A stretch of DNA of 64,000 nucleotides from a virus (taxonomy: Duplodnaviria > Caudoviricetes). The translations under genes were made by a program, and so were the position numbers. A model generated the notes under the pieces. It was not told the origin of the DNA and did no database searches. It saw only the letters and a list, made by a program, of their open reading frames with translations. The number at the start of each line of letters is the position of its first letter. The first letter of the stretch is position 1. The stretch covers positions 48,107 through 112,106 of the IMG/VR virus record IMGVR_UViG_2974602183_000001. One strand, written 5' to 3'. Positions 1 through 9,847 of this stretch are shown here, one piece after another.

Positions 1-324
1 TAGGTTTTCTAGCTCGGGGTTCGTTACGTGCTTAAGTAATAGTGCTCCGATGGAACGAGCCGCTACTGCGTCGGCTAGCATTTGCCAACTAATCGTGCGT
101 TGCATAGGACGTACTAGGCCTTGTGGTGCCTTTTGCATGTCCATGCGGTCTTGAGTTAGGCTAACTTCAAACTCGTTCCAGATTTGGGCTACCTGGTCTT
201 GGTACAGCTCCTCTAGTTCAGGGTAGGTTACGTTTACAGTATCCGGTAAGCCCATTTGTTCGTCTAGGAAGAGTTTGTATTTTTGCTTCTTATAGCCTGT
301 GTTGTTAGGGTTGAACTTACTCAA
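1..324 (-). CDS. nrdB: Ribonucleotide reductase class Ia beta subunit, N-terminal part (runs off window)
   Basis: Manual translation from TTG at 324 (RBS GAAGGAG): MSKFNPNNTGYKKQKYKLFLDEQMGLPDTVNVTYPELEELYQDQVAQIWNEFEVSLTQDRMD...SWQMLADAVAARS. Typical R2 N-terminus, downstream of nrdA. Confidence 0.9.
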   Translation of the reverse strand, partial: MSKFNPNNTGYKKQKYKLFLDEQMGLPDTVNVTYPELEELYQDQVAQIWNEFEVSLTQDRMDMQKAPQGLVRPMQRTISWQMLADAVAARSIGALLLKHVTNPELENL

Positions 325-497
325 CTTAGTTCTCCTTCAATAATATGTACTAAACGTTTAGCGTCTAGGAAAGAGGTGAGACCGAAAGTGCTCTTTAGCA
401 ACTTTCCTGCATCTAACTTAGTAAGCCCGGCAGCGCGAGCTGCCAGGTATACTTCTTTATGTTCTGGAATATACGGAGTATATGTGGGAAAACACAT
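321..497 (-). CDS. Small 58-aa protein between nrdA and nrdB (not in ORF track)
   Basis: MCFPTYTPYIPEHKEVYLAARAAGLTKLDAGKLLKSTFGLTSFLDAKRLVHIIEGELS. ATG overlaps the nrdA stop (TAATG) and its TGA overlaps the nrdB TTG start. Confidence 0.7.
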   Translation of the reverse strand: MCFPTYTPYIPEHKEVYLAARAAGLTKLDAGKLLKSTFGLTSFLDAKRLVHIIEGELS

Positions 498-3400
498 TAT
501 AGTTTACAACCTCCTTCACAGCCCTCGTCTACCTCGGCATTAGCTGCCGCTATAGCATCCTGCGCTGTTTTTGATGTTTTGTCTTTAGTGTTTTGGTAGT
601 ACAGGGATTTAGTTCCTGACTTCCAGAAGTAAATGATTTGTTTGATTAGCTCAGACATAGGAACCTTACCATTAGGGTAGTTCTCAGGAACTACGTAAGT
701 ATCCGCTGAGATACCTTGGTCTGTCCAGTCCTGCACTCGGCTGTAGTACTGCATGTGGCGAGTATTAGGCACTTCCCAAGCTGTCAAGAAGTTCTCTTGG
801 TCAACAATGAACTGTACGTTACCTGTTCGTGCTTTCTTGTAGATTACACGCTCACGAGGAGGGTATAGGCCATTTGACGCACCACTAAACACAGCACTAG
901 ATTCTGTAGGCATGTGTGCTACTAGAACTGAGTGTCTGCGAGGAAGACCGCGAATCGACTCCCATGACATGATAGGCTCGTACTTCTTATTGACTCGTGT
1001 GTCGATAGGCAGCCAATCAGTAATTCCTGTTACAGACTCTCCTGCCTCTTTAGCCATCTTGATAGATGCTTTATACAGGAAGAACATGTGCTGTTCTGCT
1101 AGACGAGACACAGCTTCCAGAGATTCTGGAGAGCCATCGTAGTCCAGGCCATTCTTATACAGGAACTGTGCTAGGCCAGTGATACCGATACCTACAGAAC
1201 GACGCTTTAGCATCTGCTTCTTCATAGGCTCAGTAAGGCCAGGTGCTTTTTCAATCATGCTATCCACGGTGCGTAACGCTACTTCCACGATATGTTCGAT
1301 TTCATGTTCTTCAACGTTAGCATAGTTGATTGCTGATAAGCTACAGAATGCTGTCTCACCAATAGAATCACCATTCTCGTCACCTACGTATAAGTCTAGC
1401 ATATCTACATATGGTTTAGTAGGTAGGAAGATTTCTTGACATTGCCCTGTCAGAATACCGGCGAACATACCCATACCACGCTTCTCTTCCGTGAAGCAGA
1501 AAGTGTCGTCCACCCGACCTTCGTCTAATACTTCTACTACCTTAATGAAACGCTTAGCGTCTCGTTGTGGTTTTCTAGGTTTCCAACTCAGGCGCTCTGT
1601 AGAGAACCCTAACTCAGATAACTTAAATAACCCATTAGATGTAACGATTAGGCGGTACGACTCCTTACAGTTGAAGTACCCTACGTTACCTGAGCCATCG
1701 TTTAGCGGTAGCAATTGCTTGCCACTTTTCATGTGTTTAACTACTTTTGAGTCCACACCTAAAGTTTGTAACATTAACTGTACGTCTTTTAGGAACTCTT
1801 TCTCTACCGATACGGCCACTAGCTGTTCGTTTGTACCGTTCCTATAGATGCAACCATCAGCATCCATGTAGCCAGCTAACCATTGAAGACGAGATTCAAT
1901 AGAGTAAGTATTGTCTGGTACGAAAAACTTGTCTCGTAGGCCTGCTACGTTCCCGTAGACTCGATTTTGTTCCGGTTGTTCTTGAAGTCCAGTAAAGCTA
2001 AACTTACCTAGGAGGTCTCGCTTCTCCCCGTATAGGTAAACGCGTCTATCTTTTCCTACTTGGCAACCATCGCCAGAGAAGAACCCGTTTTGGTATGCTA
2101 GAGGTAAATCCTCGCTACCCTCAATAACCGGTAGGTCGAACTTAATAAGCTTGTCACCCGCCTGTAGTTCGTGGGCACGCTTCTCTACTACCTTACCCTT
2201 ACCATGCCCTACCTGTACGTAGAACTTGTGGTACTCTGTACACTCAAGCTCTTGTCCCGAATCTGTTACTACACGTACTAGTTTTTGGCTTGTTCCTGTC
2301 TTCCTTACAGTTGTAGTAGTGAACTCTTCTCCGTTCCACACCTCTACCTTAGAGCCCTCTAGCTCCGCTATAGGTACGTAACCGTTTCGCGTTAGGATAG
2401 GGGTCTCTGGAGCAACACATAGGTTTGATAGACGAATAGGGTCTTCAAAAGGTGTATGCGAGTTAGCTCGTGAAGCATTAAAACAGTATACACGTCCAGT
2501 CTCTTGGCGTGCTGTTAGGAACTGCTTAAGTAGAGATAAGGCATCTACTGAGCCTGCACTCTTATATTTAGAGCCTTCTGCTTCCCATTCCGCTAGAGTT
2601 ACTTTCTCTTTCGAGAAGAATAGCTCGTGCATCTTAGGCGCTTCTAGTAGGTCGTACAGCTTCCACTCTCGCTTAGCTATTACAGCTTCCATGAACGCAT
2701 CATTAATACAGAAGCTATAGTCCAGTTTATCAATACGTTCCTCAATGTCCACTTTCTGTGTCTTCCATTGAAGAAGTTTCTGAATCTCTGGGTCAATACA
2801 CTTGTAAGATACTGTTGCTGAACCACCACGGGTTTGTTGCGTCAATGCCTTAACAGCCGAATCAATTCGTTTGTACAGAGAGTGCTTGCCTAAGTGCTCT
2901 ACTCGACCGTTCTTGACAGGGGCACCTTTACTACGAGTGTCTAGCTCGATACCGATACCTGCTTTTTTCGCTGTCATTTCATACGCGATATGGTCTGCTA
3001 CACCTAGTGAGTGTGTGTTGTCACCACCGGAAATTACACAGCAAGAAACGGAGTCAAAGTCACCTGTACGACCACCGTTTAAGGCAGGCGTTGGTAGGTT
3101 AATCTTTCCTCGTACAATTGCTCGTGCAGTATCCAGAGCTAGCTGCGTGTCTCCATGATGTGCTAAACCGATGCCGATGGCACCTAAAGCAACTGGCTCT
3201 ACACACAAGCCTTCGTATTTGGTACAGTATTTATCAGACCATTGCTTAATAGTCCAGTACTCTAGAGGGATATTGGATAGTTCGATTAGCCAATTCTCCC
3301 ACTCAGGGTTATATTTAGGTAGTGTTACTTCACACCATAAACCAAGTTCAATTAGCTGCTCCATGGAACCTTTGAAGTCATCTACTCCATCAATACCTAG

Positions 3401-3664
3401 TCGTTCGGCGTTTTTTAGGATAATAGCTTCTTCTAGGCGTGCGGCAGCACGAGTATATGCTAAATCTTCTTTTAGAAGACAGTAACGAATCATACTCTCT
3501 AGGATTTCTTGAGTTGACACACCGTCATATAAGTTCTTTAGCGTGTTAAGGGAGATATCCGACATCATAGTCGGGTCTACCGCTGCGTATTCTGCTAGGC
3601 GGTTAAGTTTGGTTGCGGAGAATGGTTCTGTTCGTCCGTCGTGCTTTACTACTGTTGAAATCAA
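497..3664 (-). CDS. nrdA: Ribonucleotide reductase class Ia alpha subunit, intein-containing
   Basis: N-terminal ATP-cone-like VVKHDGRTEPF, PTPALN, SCC, split SNL/CQE active site, MPTESSA, TKSLYY, C-terminal CEGGCKL. TTG start with GAGGAG RBS. Confidence 0.97.
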   Translation of the reverse strand: MISTVVKHDGRTEPFSATKLNRLAEYAAVDPTMMSDISLNTLKNLYDGVSTQEILESMIRYCLLKEDLAYTRAAARLEEAIILKNAERLGIDGVDDFKGSMEQLIELGLWCEVTLPKYNPEWENWLIELSNIPLEYWTIKQWSDKYCTKYEGLCVEPVALGAIGIGLAHHGDTQLALDTARAIVRGKINLPTPALNGGRTGDFDSVSCCVISGGDNTHSLGVADHIAYEMTAKKAGIGIELDTRSKGAPVKNGRVEHLGKHSLYKRIDSAVKALTQQTRGGSATVSYKCIDPEIQKLLQWKTQKVDIEERIDKLDYSFCINDAFMEAVIAKREWKLYDLLEAPKMHELFFSKEKVTLAEWEAEGSKYKSAGSVDALSLLKQFLTARQETGRVYCFNASRANSHTPFEDPIRLSNLCVAPETPILTRNGYVPIAELEGSKVEVWNGEEFTTTTVRKTGTSQKLVRVVTDSGQELECTEYHKFYVQVGHGKGKVVEKRAHELQAGDKLIKFDLPVIEGSEDLPLAYQNGFFSGDGCQVGKDRRVYLYGEKRDLLGKFSFTGLQEQPEQNRVYGNVAGLRDKFFVPDNTYSIESRLQWLAGYMDADGCIYRNGTNEQLVAVSVEKEFLKDVQLMLQTLGVDSKVVKHMKSGKQLLPLNDGSGNVGYFNCKESYRLIVTSNGLFKLSELGFSTERLSWKPRKPQRDAKRFIKVVEVLDEGRVDDTFCFTEEKRGMGMFAGILTGQCQEIFLPTKPYVDMLDLYVGDENGDSIGETAFCSLSAINYANVEEHEIEHIVEVALRTVDSMIEKAPGLTEPMKKQMLKRRSVGIGITGLAQFLYKNGLDYDGSPESLEAVSRLAEQHMFFLYKASIKMAKEAGESVTGITDWLPIDTRVNKKYEPIMSWESIRGLPRRHSVLVAHMPTESSAVFSGASNGLYPPRERVIYKKARTGNVQFIVDQENFLTAWEVPNTRHMQYYSRVQDWTDQGISADTYVVPENYPNGKVPMSELIKQIIYFWKSGTKSLYYQNTKDKTSKTAQDAIAAANAEVDEGCEGGCKL
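1442..2419 (-). mobile_element. Intein (326 aa) with LAGLIDADG homing endonuclease in nrdA
   Basis: Starts CVAPETPILT, has block B LECTEYHKF, endonuclease motifs NGFFSGDG and LAGYMDADG, and ends TFCF...GILTGQ followed by extein Cys. Removal restores SNL-CQE. Confidence 0.95.
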
Positions 3665-3694
3665 TTAATGCTCCTCTCTCAATTTCTGGAAAGT

Positions 3695-3723
3695 ATTATA
3701 CAAAATGTTGGGAATATCCGCAA
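3695..3723 (-). promoter_or_regulatory. sigma70-type promoter for nrdA-nrdB
   Basis: TTGCGG-17-TATAAT on the minus strand. Confidence 0.75.
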
Positions 3724-3740
3724 ATGAATTTTTGAAGAAT

Positions 3741-3763
3741 AAAACCCCGCACTAGGCGGGGTT
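3741..3763 (-). terminator. Intrinsic terminator after phoH
   Basis: AACCCCGC-ctagt-GCGGGGTTTT. Confidence 0.8.
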
Positions 3764-3767
3764 AGTT

Positions 3768-5204
3768 TTAAAGGTGCTCGTCAGCAAATTTAGCTAGGCG
3801 AGAGCGGTGTACTCCACCTAGTGTAATCACCTTGGCGAACGGTTCTCCATGGAATTTTTCGGTAGTACAGGCTAGTGCCGAAGTTCTTGGGGTTACAATT
3901 GGAGAGTCAATCTGATTTAGGGAGCCCATTAGGACAACCTTACAGTACTCACCCGCACGGGAGATTATGGTTTTAACTTGTGACTGAGTTAGGTTTTGAA
4001 TTTCGTCTATAATGAAGACTTTGTGAACGATAGAACGGCCACGCATAAAGTTCAGCGCTTTAGCTTGGATGAACGCATCACCACCTTGCTCGTCAGTTGG
4101 AGTATCAGTTGAGCTAACAATGGAGTTATTAGGGTGTAGCTTCATGTTCTTGGTTACTCGTGCCAGGTGCTCTAAGTTATCAGTAACACCACTTAACCAC
4201 GGTTTGGTCTTCTCAGACTCATTACCAGGTAAGAAACCAATATCGTCGAACTGAGAGTGCATGCTTCGGGAAACGATAACGTCGTAGTGACGGTAGCCAC
4301 GTTTTCCTTTAACCATCTCTACTGCTGCTGCCATAGCTAGCAAAGTCTTACCAGAACCTGCGGCACCGTTAATAATCACAATGTCTAGTTCAGGGTCTAG
4401 TAGGGCGTCTAGGGCAATGGCTTGGTAAAAGTCTTTAGGAACAATACCAGAAGCCTTGCGGTTCAGGAATTGTCCAGCGTTTACGAAAGTAAATTCGAGG
4501 TACATACCATCTTCGTAGCGAGAATCGCCCTCTACAGGCCCCTCTAGCTGAGCGAAGATACCGTCTTCCTCGTTGATTAACCAATCGTTGATACCGAAAG
4601 GTTCATCTCCCAGTAATTCTTCGATTACTGAGGTTTTAATTAGGGTGCGACCGCAAGATTTTGAGATAACGTCATCGTTACCTACAGTGCTTAGCCAGCC
4701 GTCTGGCACTTCAAAGTAACCACGAGGTAATAGGTCAGGGTCTTGAACCACTACATCATTACGATACTCTTGAACTTGTTGTACGCCTGCGCCCCTAGCC
4801 TTTAAGCGCATGCAAACATCGTTAGTTACGAGAACAGGTGAGCCCTTGAAAGCTTCTGAGCCTTCGGCTGGTTCTTGCTGATGAATCGTTGCATTGATAA
4901 TTGCATCGTCCGGACAAGTAACTTTAATGGCTTCAGGGACACCGATGTTAGGTAAAACGAATAGTCGTCCACCTGAGTTCATTTCAACGCCGTCCTCAAT
5001 AGCATCCATATCTCGGATGATTGAGTCTAGGGTACGGATGACAGCTCGGGCGTCGCGGGCTACATCTCTGTCACTTGACTTCTGTCGGTCTAGCTCCTCT
5101 AGTACAGTCATTGGGATTGCTACGTTATGCTCCTCAAACTTAAGAACAGCATGAGGGTCAGAAAGTAGTACGTTGGTATCTAGTATATATAGTTTTTGTG
5201 ACAT
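3768..5204 (-). CDS. phoH: PIN domain-PhoH family ATPase
   Basis: PIN motifs ILDTNVL, VLEELD, VTNDVCMR. Walker A GAAGSGKT, IGFLPG, FMRGRS, IIDEIQN, HRSRLA. Confidence 0.95.
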   Translation of the reverse strand: MSQKLYILDTNVLLSDPHAVLKFEEHNVAIPMTVLEELDRQKSSDRDVARDARAVIRTLDSIIRDMDAIEDGVEMNSGGRLFVLPNIGVPEAIKVTCPDDAIINATIHQQEPAEGSEAFKGSPVLVTNDVCMRLKARGAGVQQVQEYRNDVVVQDPDLLPRGYFEVPDGWLSTVGNDDVISKSCGRTLIKTSVIEELLGDEPFGINDWLINEEDGIFAQLEGPVEGDSRYEDGMYLEFTFVNAGQFLNRKASGIVPKDFYQAIALDALLDPELDIVIINGAAGSGKTLLAMAAAVEMVKGKRGYRHYDVIVSRSMHSQFDDIGFLPGNESEKTKPWLSGVTDNLEHLARVTKNMKLHPNNSIVSSTDTPTDEQGGDAFIQAKALNFMRGRSIVHKVFIIDEIQNLTQSQVKTIISRAGEYCKVVLMGSLNQIDSPIVTPRTSALACTTEKFHGEPFAKVITLGGVHRSRLAKFADEHL

Positions 5205-5248
5205 TTAGTTTCCTTTTTCTCGTAATAGAGCTTTTCAACTTAGACTAT

Positions 5249-5277
5249 ATCATATCAAATATGGGGCATAGATGCAA
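5249..5277 (-). promoter_or_regulatory. sigma70-type promoter for phoH
   Basis: TTGCAT-17-TATGAT on the minus strand. Confidence 0.65.
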
Positions 5278-5492
5278 GTAAAATTTTCTAAAGCTCACTA
5301 ACCTACAGTTGTGGTGGTTATTAGAGCGATTTTAAAAATTTTACTTGCCATGAAGGAGGAAGATAGGGTATTAGATATCATTACTAATTTTACGCGTGCG
5401 CGCGAGGAGGATTCCGTAAAAATTTAGTAGCCAGGGAGCCGGTTATTTTGTATAATATGCGTATATTCGAAAAATAACCAAAGAGAGCGCAC

Positions 5493-5873
5493 ATGATTTG
5501 GACTAACTACCATGTAAAAGTACACCACCAGATTAAGAAACTAACAGATACTGCCGTAGCTTTGGGAATGGCTCTGGTATGTAGCAACCAGGGGTTTTCT
5601 GTGGCTGTCCATAGGCCTGGGAAAGATGCTTGGGCGCTGCATAAACTTATCAGTATCCATAACCATCACTTCTCTTCTCCTTTCTACCAAGAGTTAAGTG
5701 AGTGGCAAAAGAGGGAAGTGCAAAAGTTACTATTGAAGCCGTACTTTCCTGTAACTATTCAACGCAGCAAAGGTGTCTTAATTACTCCTGATATGCGAGC
5801 AGAAGAAAGGTTGCATTACATCGAACTTAGACGAAATAAACTAGTTGAACTAGGAATGTGGACTCGTAAATAA
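5493..5873 (+). CDS. Hypothetical protein (126 aa)
   Basis: ORF downstream of a TAGCCA-17-TATAAT promoter-like element. Confidence 0.75.
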   Translation: MIWTNYHVKVHHQIKKLTDTAVALGMALVCSNQGFSVAVHRPGKDAWALHKLISIHNHHFSSPFYQELSEWQKREVQKLLLKPYFPVTIQRSKGVLITPDMRAEERLHYIELRRNKLVELGMWTRK

Positions 5874-5882
5874 AAAATAGAG

Positions 5883-5911
5883 TTGACGTTTTTCTTTTCC
5901 TTTAGTATACT
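5883..5911 (+). promoter_or_regulatory. Strong sigma70 promoter about 600 nt upstream of the origin-binding gene
   Basis: TTGACG-17-TATACT with an A-rich UP region. Confidence 0.8.
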
Positions 5912-6085
5912 ATATATCTATTCTCTAAAAGGTCTGGACAACCTTTCCCTCAAGTACGCTGGTACTTCTTTAATAAGAGAACTCCTATATACCCTTTAAT
6001 TAGGGTATTCTTAAATGTTCGGTTCTGAGCATTTAAGAATACTTTAAGAAAGTAAGTCTTAGCAGCACTATGTCTTAAAAGGCGC

Positions 6086-6254
6086 GACTATCACTTTGTA
6101 GCCTCAATCCTCGGATTGTGTGAGTCAGTTAACTTCTGTCGACGTGTGGCTTGTAAAGGACTTTATCACCAAGTACGTAACTCCCTGCTTAAATGCAAGA
6201 CTATCACTTTGTAGCCTCAATCCTCGGATTGTGTGAGTCAGTTAACTTCTGTCG
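6086..6254. repeat. Two identical 56-bp direct repeats (6086-6141, 6199-6254)
   Basis: GACTATCACTTTGTAGCCTCAATCCTCGGATTGTGTGAGTCAGTTAACTTCTGTCG twice, period 113 bp. Confidence 0.95.
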
Positions 6255-6509
6255 GGTGGGACGTCGGTGAGGCGAGACCTGAGATTTACAATCGTAAAGT
6301 GTTAACACAGAATAAATTTTGCTACCCCGAGCTTCTTGACTCTTGTCTAGCTCAGCCGAGCATTATTACGTCCAAATTCTGTGAGATACTCGAAATCTCG
6401 CGAGTATATAAAAAATAATATAGTGGCAAAAAATTAACCACCATAGGAGTATAGTTATTAAAGAGAATATCCATGAGCGTATCTCGCTACAGTATGGAGG
6501 ATTTCGCAC

Positions 6510-9500
6510 GTGTTTACCTTTATAGCACAGGTAGAGAACGAAACCGCTCCAGAAGCTTCATCCTACGGATGGGGTCAAAATCGTAAAAAGTACCTGACCA
6601 AGGTATGGCACTCCCCTACAAAAACAACAGATATTTATTTAGCAAAGCATTTTGATGTCGTGGAAGAAGTAACTCCTGCAAGTATGGAGGAGTTACGCAC
6701 ACTTGTACTAAAGTACTCCCAAGACCCTAATGTTTGTATGCTACAGCATGCTCTAGCGGAAGGAGCACCACGAAAAAACATTCGCCGTAACAAGGAAACT
6801 TTCAGTGTAGTACCAAAGAGCAAATTCATGGTATTCGATATTGATAGTTTTCCTAGGCCAGAGCACATAGACCCTCTAGATATCCACCAACAGGCAAAGT
6901 ATGTCCTAGAACTACTGTCAGAACGGTTCCCTGTATACTTCGATAAGAAGTGTGGATACATTGCTAGGGGCTCTAGTTCCGCAGGTATTAAGACAGACAC
7001 CATCCGAATGCACTTGTACTTGGAGAACACGGTTCCTGTAAATACAAAGCAGCTAGACACTATAGCTGACGAGGTAAACGAAGTCTTTAACGAAGAATTC
7101 AAATGCGACTTATTCGATGACTCTCTTTACACTCGTGCCCACATACTGTACACGGCAGACCCTATATTTGAGGGTTGCATGGAAGACCCTTTTGGTGTGA
7201 TGCCACGAACAGTATTCTACAAATCAAGAGTTACGGCATCAATACCACCAACTACTGAGGAGAAGGAGCGTGTGAAAACAGCAACACTAACCGAAGAAGA
7301 CCTAGAGAGCATTAAAAGGTTCCAAGGCACAGACATAATTACACCTCCAGTCCGTCGAGTGCTAGACGACATCGAGGAAAACCCTGATAACGTCTATACC
7401 AAAAAAGCACCTCGACTATTCTTCTTGGCAATGGAGGATGGTATAGGATTCGAGCCGCTAAAAGAAGCATTTACTATTGCTATGCAAGACCACCCTAAGA
7501 TTGTCTCAGGGGAGAGAAGCATCGACGACTACTTAAAAGCGGCCATGGAATTCTGTTTCCAAACAATCAAATCTCGCGCCATACGCACCATTCCAGATAA
7601 GATAGACATTCGAATCAAACCATATGAGGAAATCCCTCCGGAGGTTCGAAAAGACATCTTAACTGATTGGCCAGTAGAGAAACTGTATCCTGACGGTGCA
7701 GGAACGGATAACGGCTACCTGTACATCCCAGACATGCCCCCGGTGGGCAAACTTACGTTCTGGAAGGCATCCCTCGGAACTGGTAAGACTACGGCACTTC
7801 AACGTCTAGTTTTAGGTGACGAGATTTTAGGCATCAAGCCAAAGTTTCATGGGCGTATGTTAGCAGTAACTAACACCGTATCTCTAGTAGATGGCAACGC
7901 CGCCAAGTTGGGTGCCCCAACTGATAAGGCGTACTTAGACCCTGCTCACCGAGATTCTTTCCGCCAGAACCCTAATGGACGTATGTCTACTACAATCCAC
8001 TCTTTGTGGAGATTTAAGGAAATGGCTGAGGAAGGTGCGATAGACTTTGTATTCATTGATGAATGCGATGCTGTAATGGATACTTTGCTTAACGCATCAG
8101 CGGTTATTATGAAAGAAAGGGCTAAGTGTATTGACGCTCTTAGTACTATTCTTCGCAGAGCTAAGTATGTGGTTCTAGCAGATGGTGACATTAGTGAAGA
8201 AACCATGTTCTCATACTTTGCACTCTCGGATAAGGAAGTAGCAGCAGTTGATTACAAATTTAACAAGCTAGAAGGCAGCAAAGCTTACGAGTGTAAGAAA
8301 GAAGAAACCGTATGGTTATCAGGAGTTCACGCAAACCTAGACGAAGGCTTGAAAGTTCTAGTGGTATCAGACCTAGGGCCGAAGGCAATCAATGAAAGAG
8401 TTCGTGGACTAGAAATGTTACATCCTGGCCACGTAATCAAGGGTGTGCATTCAGAGTCTACAAAAGACGAAGATATACGAGATATTCTAGAGAACACAAA
8501 CGCTGCGTTAGCTCAGTACAACGTTGATTGTTTAGTGTGTTCTCCATCCGTCGTATCGGGAGTAGACTTCCATTACTTTGATGTTGTAGCTATGATTACT
8601 AACACAAAGATTGCACCGCCTAACCTAAGATTCCAGGCCTTGCGACGTTGTCGCAAACCTAATAAAGAGTACTGGATTTACACAGACCCAGATACTTCTA
8701 ACTTCTCTACAGGGTACTTCCGTGCGGGGAACACGTACCCAAGTCTGGAAGACTTAATGCGTGAAAAATTCGCACTTCGTAAAAATGCAGAGTTCTCTGG
8801 ATTTAAGTCAAACCTACGATTCATGCTAATGGACCAAGGGTGTGAAGTAGTTGTGGATGACTTGTTTGAGGCAGGGCCAGGGGAGACTCTAGAGACCACT
8901 GTTAAGGACATGTGTGGAGAAGGTGCGAAAGCTGCGGAGCGTGAAGCGATGATTTACGCTATCTTAATGTCTAGAGAAGACCACTTCCCAAGACGCTATA
9001 ACAATGCTTTCGAAGTAAAACAACAAATCGCACACTATTACGAGCTTCCTAGTGTTGATGCTATCTCGTACGACCACGTAGACATGTATATTGACCAAGA
9101 TATTCATACCAAGATGGCTAACTTAGCTGAAGTAGTACGTGGGGGTCTGTACGGTCTGATGAAGGTCAACGCAAGCACATTGGAACGTTTTACTAAGTTC
9201 CTCCGTGTTCACGCTATTCAATGGTATAATGCCACAGGCGAGAACGCCTTCACAGGTTACGGAAGAAAAATGAACATGCGTAACGCTAAATATCAGGCTA
9301 GCCGCATAGGGTTAGTTATTGATATAGAAGACAAAGGCGTGGAGCCTAATTGGGAGCAGTTGCATGACTGGGCTCGTAAGTACTACGAGTATGAAGAGTT
9401 AGCAATCCCTAAAGAGTTCTTGACCGCAGAAGAGAAAGCTAAACTAGCGGAAGCAGCTAGTGATTTGAATCATAAACTACAGCGAGAGGAAGAAGCTAGC

Positions 9501-9548
9501 GATGACTACGGAAGCCTAAGCTGGGTAAACGTTAAGGGGTTCTCATGA
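6510..9548 (+). CDS. obp: Replication origin-binding protein (N-terminal AEP primase-like domain plus UL9-like SF2 helicase)
   Basis: FMVFDID and RMHLY primase-like motifs; KASLGTGKT, FIDECD, SGVDF, QALRRCR helicase motifs. GTG start with GGAGG RBS; T5 synteny. Confidence 0.85.
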   Translation: MFTFIAQVENETAPEASSYGWGQNRKKYLTKVWHSPTKTTDIYLAKHFDVVEEVTPASMEELRTLVLKYSQDPNVCMLQHALAEGAPRKNIRRNKETFSVVPKSKFMVFDIDSFPRPEHIDPLDIHQQAKYVLELLSERFPVYFDKKCGYIARGSSSAGIKTDTIRMHLYLENTVPVNTKQLDTIADEVNEVFNEEFKCDLFDDSLYTRAHILYTADPIFEGCMEDPFGVMPRTVFYKSRVTASIPPTTEEKERVKTATLTEEDLESIKRFQGTDIITPPVRRVLDDIEENPDNVYTKKAPRLFFLAMEDGIGFEPLKEAFTIAMQDHPKIVSGERSIDDYLKAAMEFCFQTIKSRAIRTIPDKIDIRIKPYEEIPPEVRKDILTDWPVEKLYPDGAGTDNGYLYIPDMPPVGKLTFWKASLGTGKTTALQRLVLGDEILGIKPKFHGRMLAVTNTVSLVDGNAAKLGAPTDKAYLDPAHRDSFRQNPNGRMSTTIHSLWRFKEMAEEGAIDFVFIDECDAVMDTLLNASAVIMKERAKCIDALSTILRRAKYVVLADGDISEETMFSYFALSDKEVAAVDYKFNKLEGSKAYECKKEETVWLSGVHANLDEGLKVLVVSDLGPKAINERVRGLEMLHPGHVIKGVHSESTKDEDIRDILENTNAALAQYNVDCLVCSPSVVSGVDFHYFDVVAMITNTKIAPPNLRFQALRRCRKPNKEYWIYTDPDTSNFSTGYFRAGNTYPSLEDLMREKFALRKNAEFSGFKSNLRFMLMDQGCEVVVDDLFEAGPGETLETTVKDMCGEGAKAAEREAMIYAILMSREDHFPRRYNNAFEVKQQIAHYYELPSVDAISYDHVDMYIDQDIHTKMANLAEVVRGGLYGLMKVNASTLERFTKFLRVHAIQWYNATGENAFTGYGRKMNMRNAKYQASRIGLVIDIEDKGVEPNWEQLHDWARKYYEYEELAIPKEFLTAEEKAKLAEAASDLNHKLQREEEASDDYGSLSWVNVKGFS

Positions 9549-9847
9549 TATCTAGAAAGATAAGAAGACGCATAGACGAAAATAGGAATCTAGAAAAGTC
9601 TAGGCAGGTAGAAGCTGCTAAGCGGGCGTATAGGGAGATAGTGCTAGCTCTAGGCGAAGAAAAGGTAAAGTTCTTAGTTGGCAGGTACACTATGTATAGT
9701 GAGTCGGATATTAAATATGTCCGACAAATTTTAAGATACTTAGGGGTGTCCGCAAAAGTTTACGTGGTTCCTATAGAAGGAAGGCTAATGGACTGTAGAA
9801 ACGTGATAACAAGTACAGGCTTTTCCATAACGGTACAGTATGGCTAA
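9545..9847 (+). CDS. Hypothetical basic protein
   Basis: ATGA overlap with the upstream gene. Confidence 0.75.
   Translation: MISRKIRRRIDENRNLEKSRQVEAAKRAYREIVLALGEEKVKFLVGRYTMYSESDIKYVRQILRYLGVSAKVYVVPIEGRLMDCRNVITSTGFSITVQYG

Noticed and set aside
6086-6254. 56-bp repeats as a mini-CRISPR array
   Set aside because: Only two units, repeat and spacer (56/57 bp) too long, and no cas genes in the window.
6233-6418. 61-aa ORF in the obp leader
   Set aside because: Starts inside the repeat with no RBS; probably incidental.
5900-6500. tRNA, tmRNA or group I intron in the non-coding leader
   Set aside because: No cloverleaf with T-loop/CCA, no tag reading frame and no intron core elements recognised. 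No tRNA was seen anywhere in the window.
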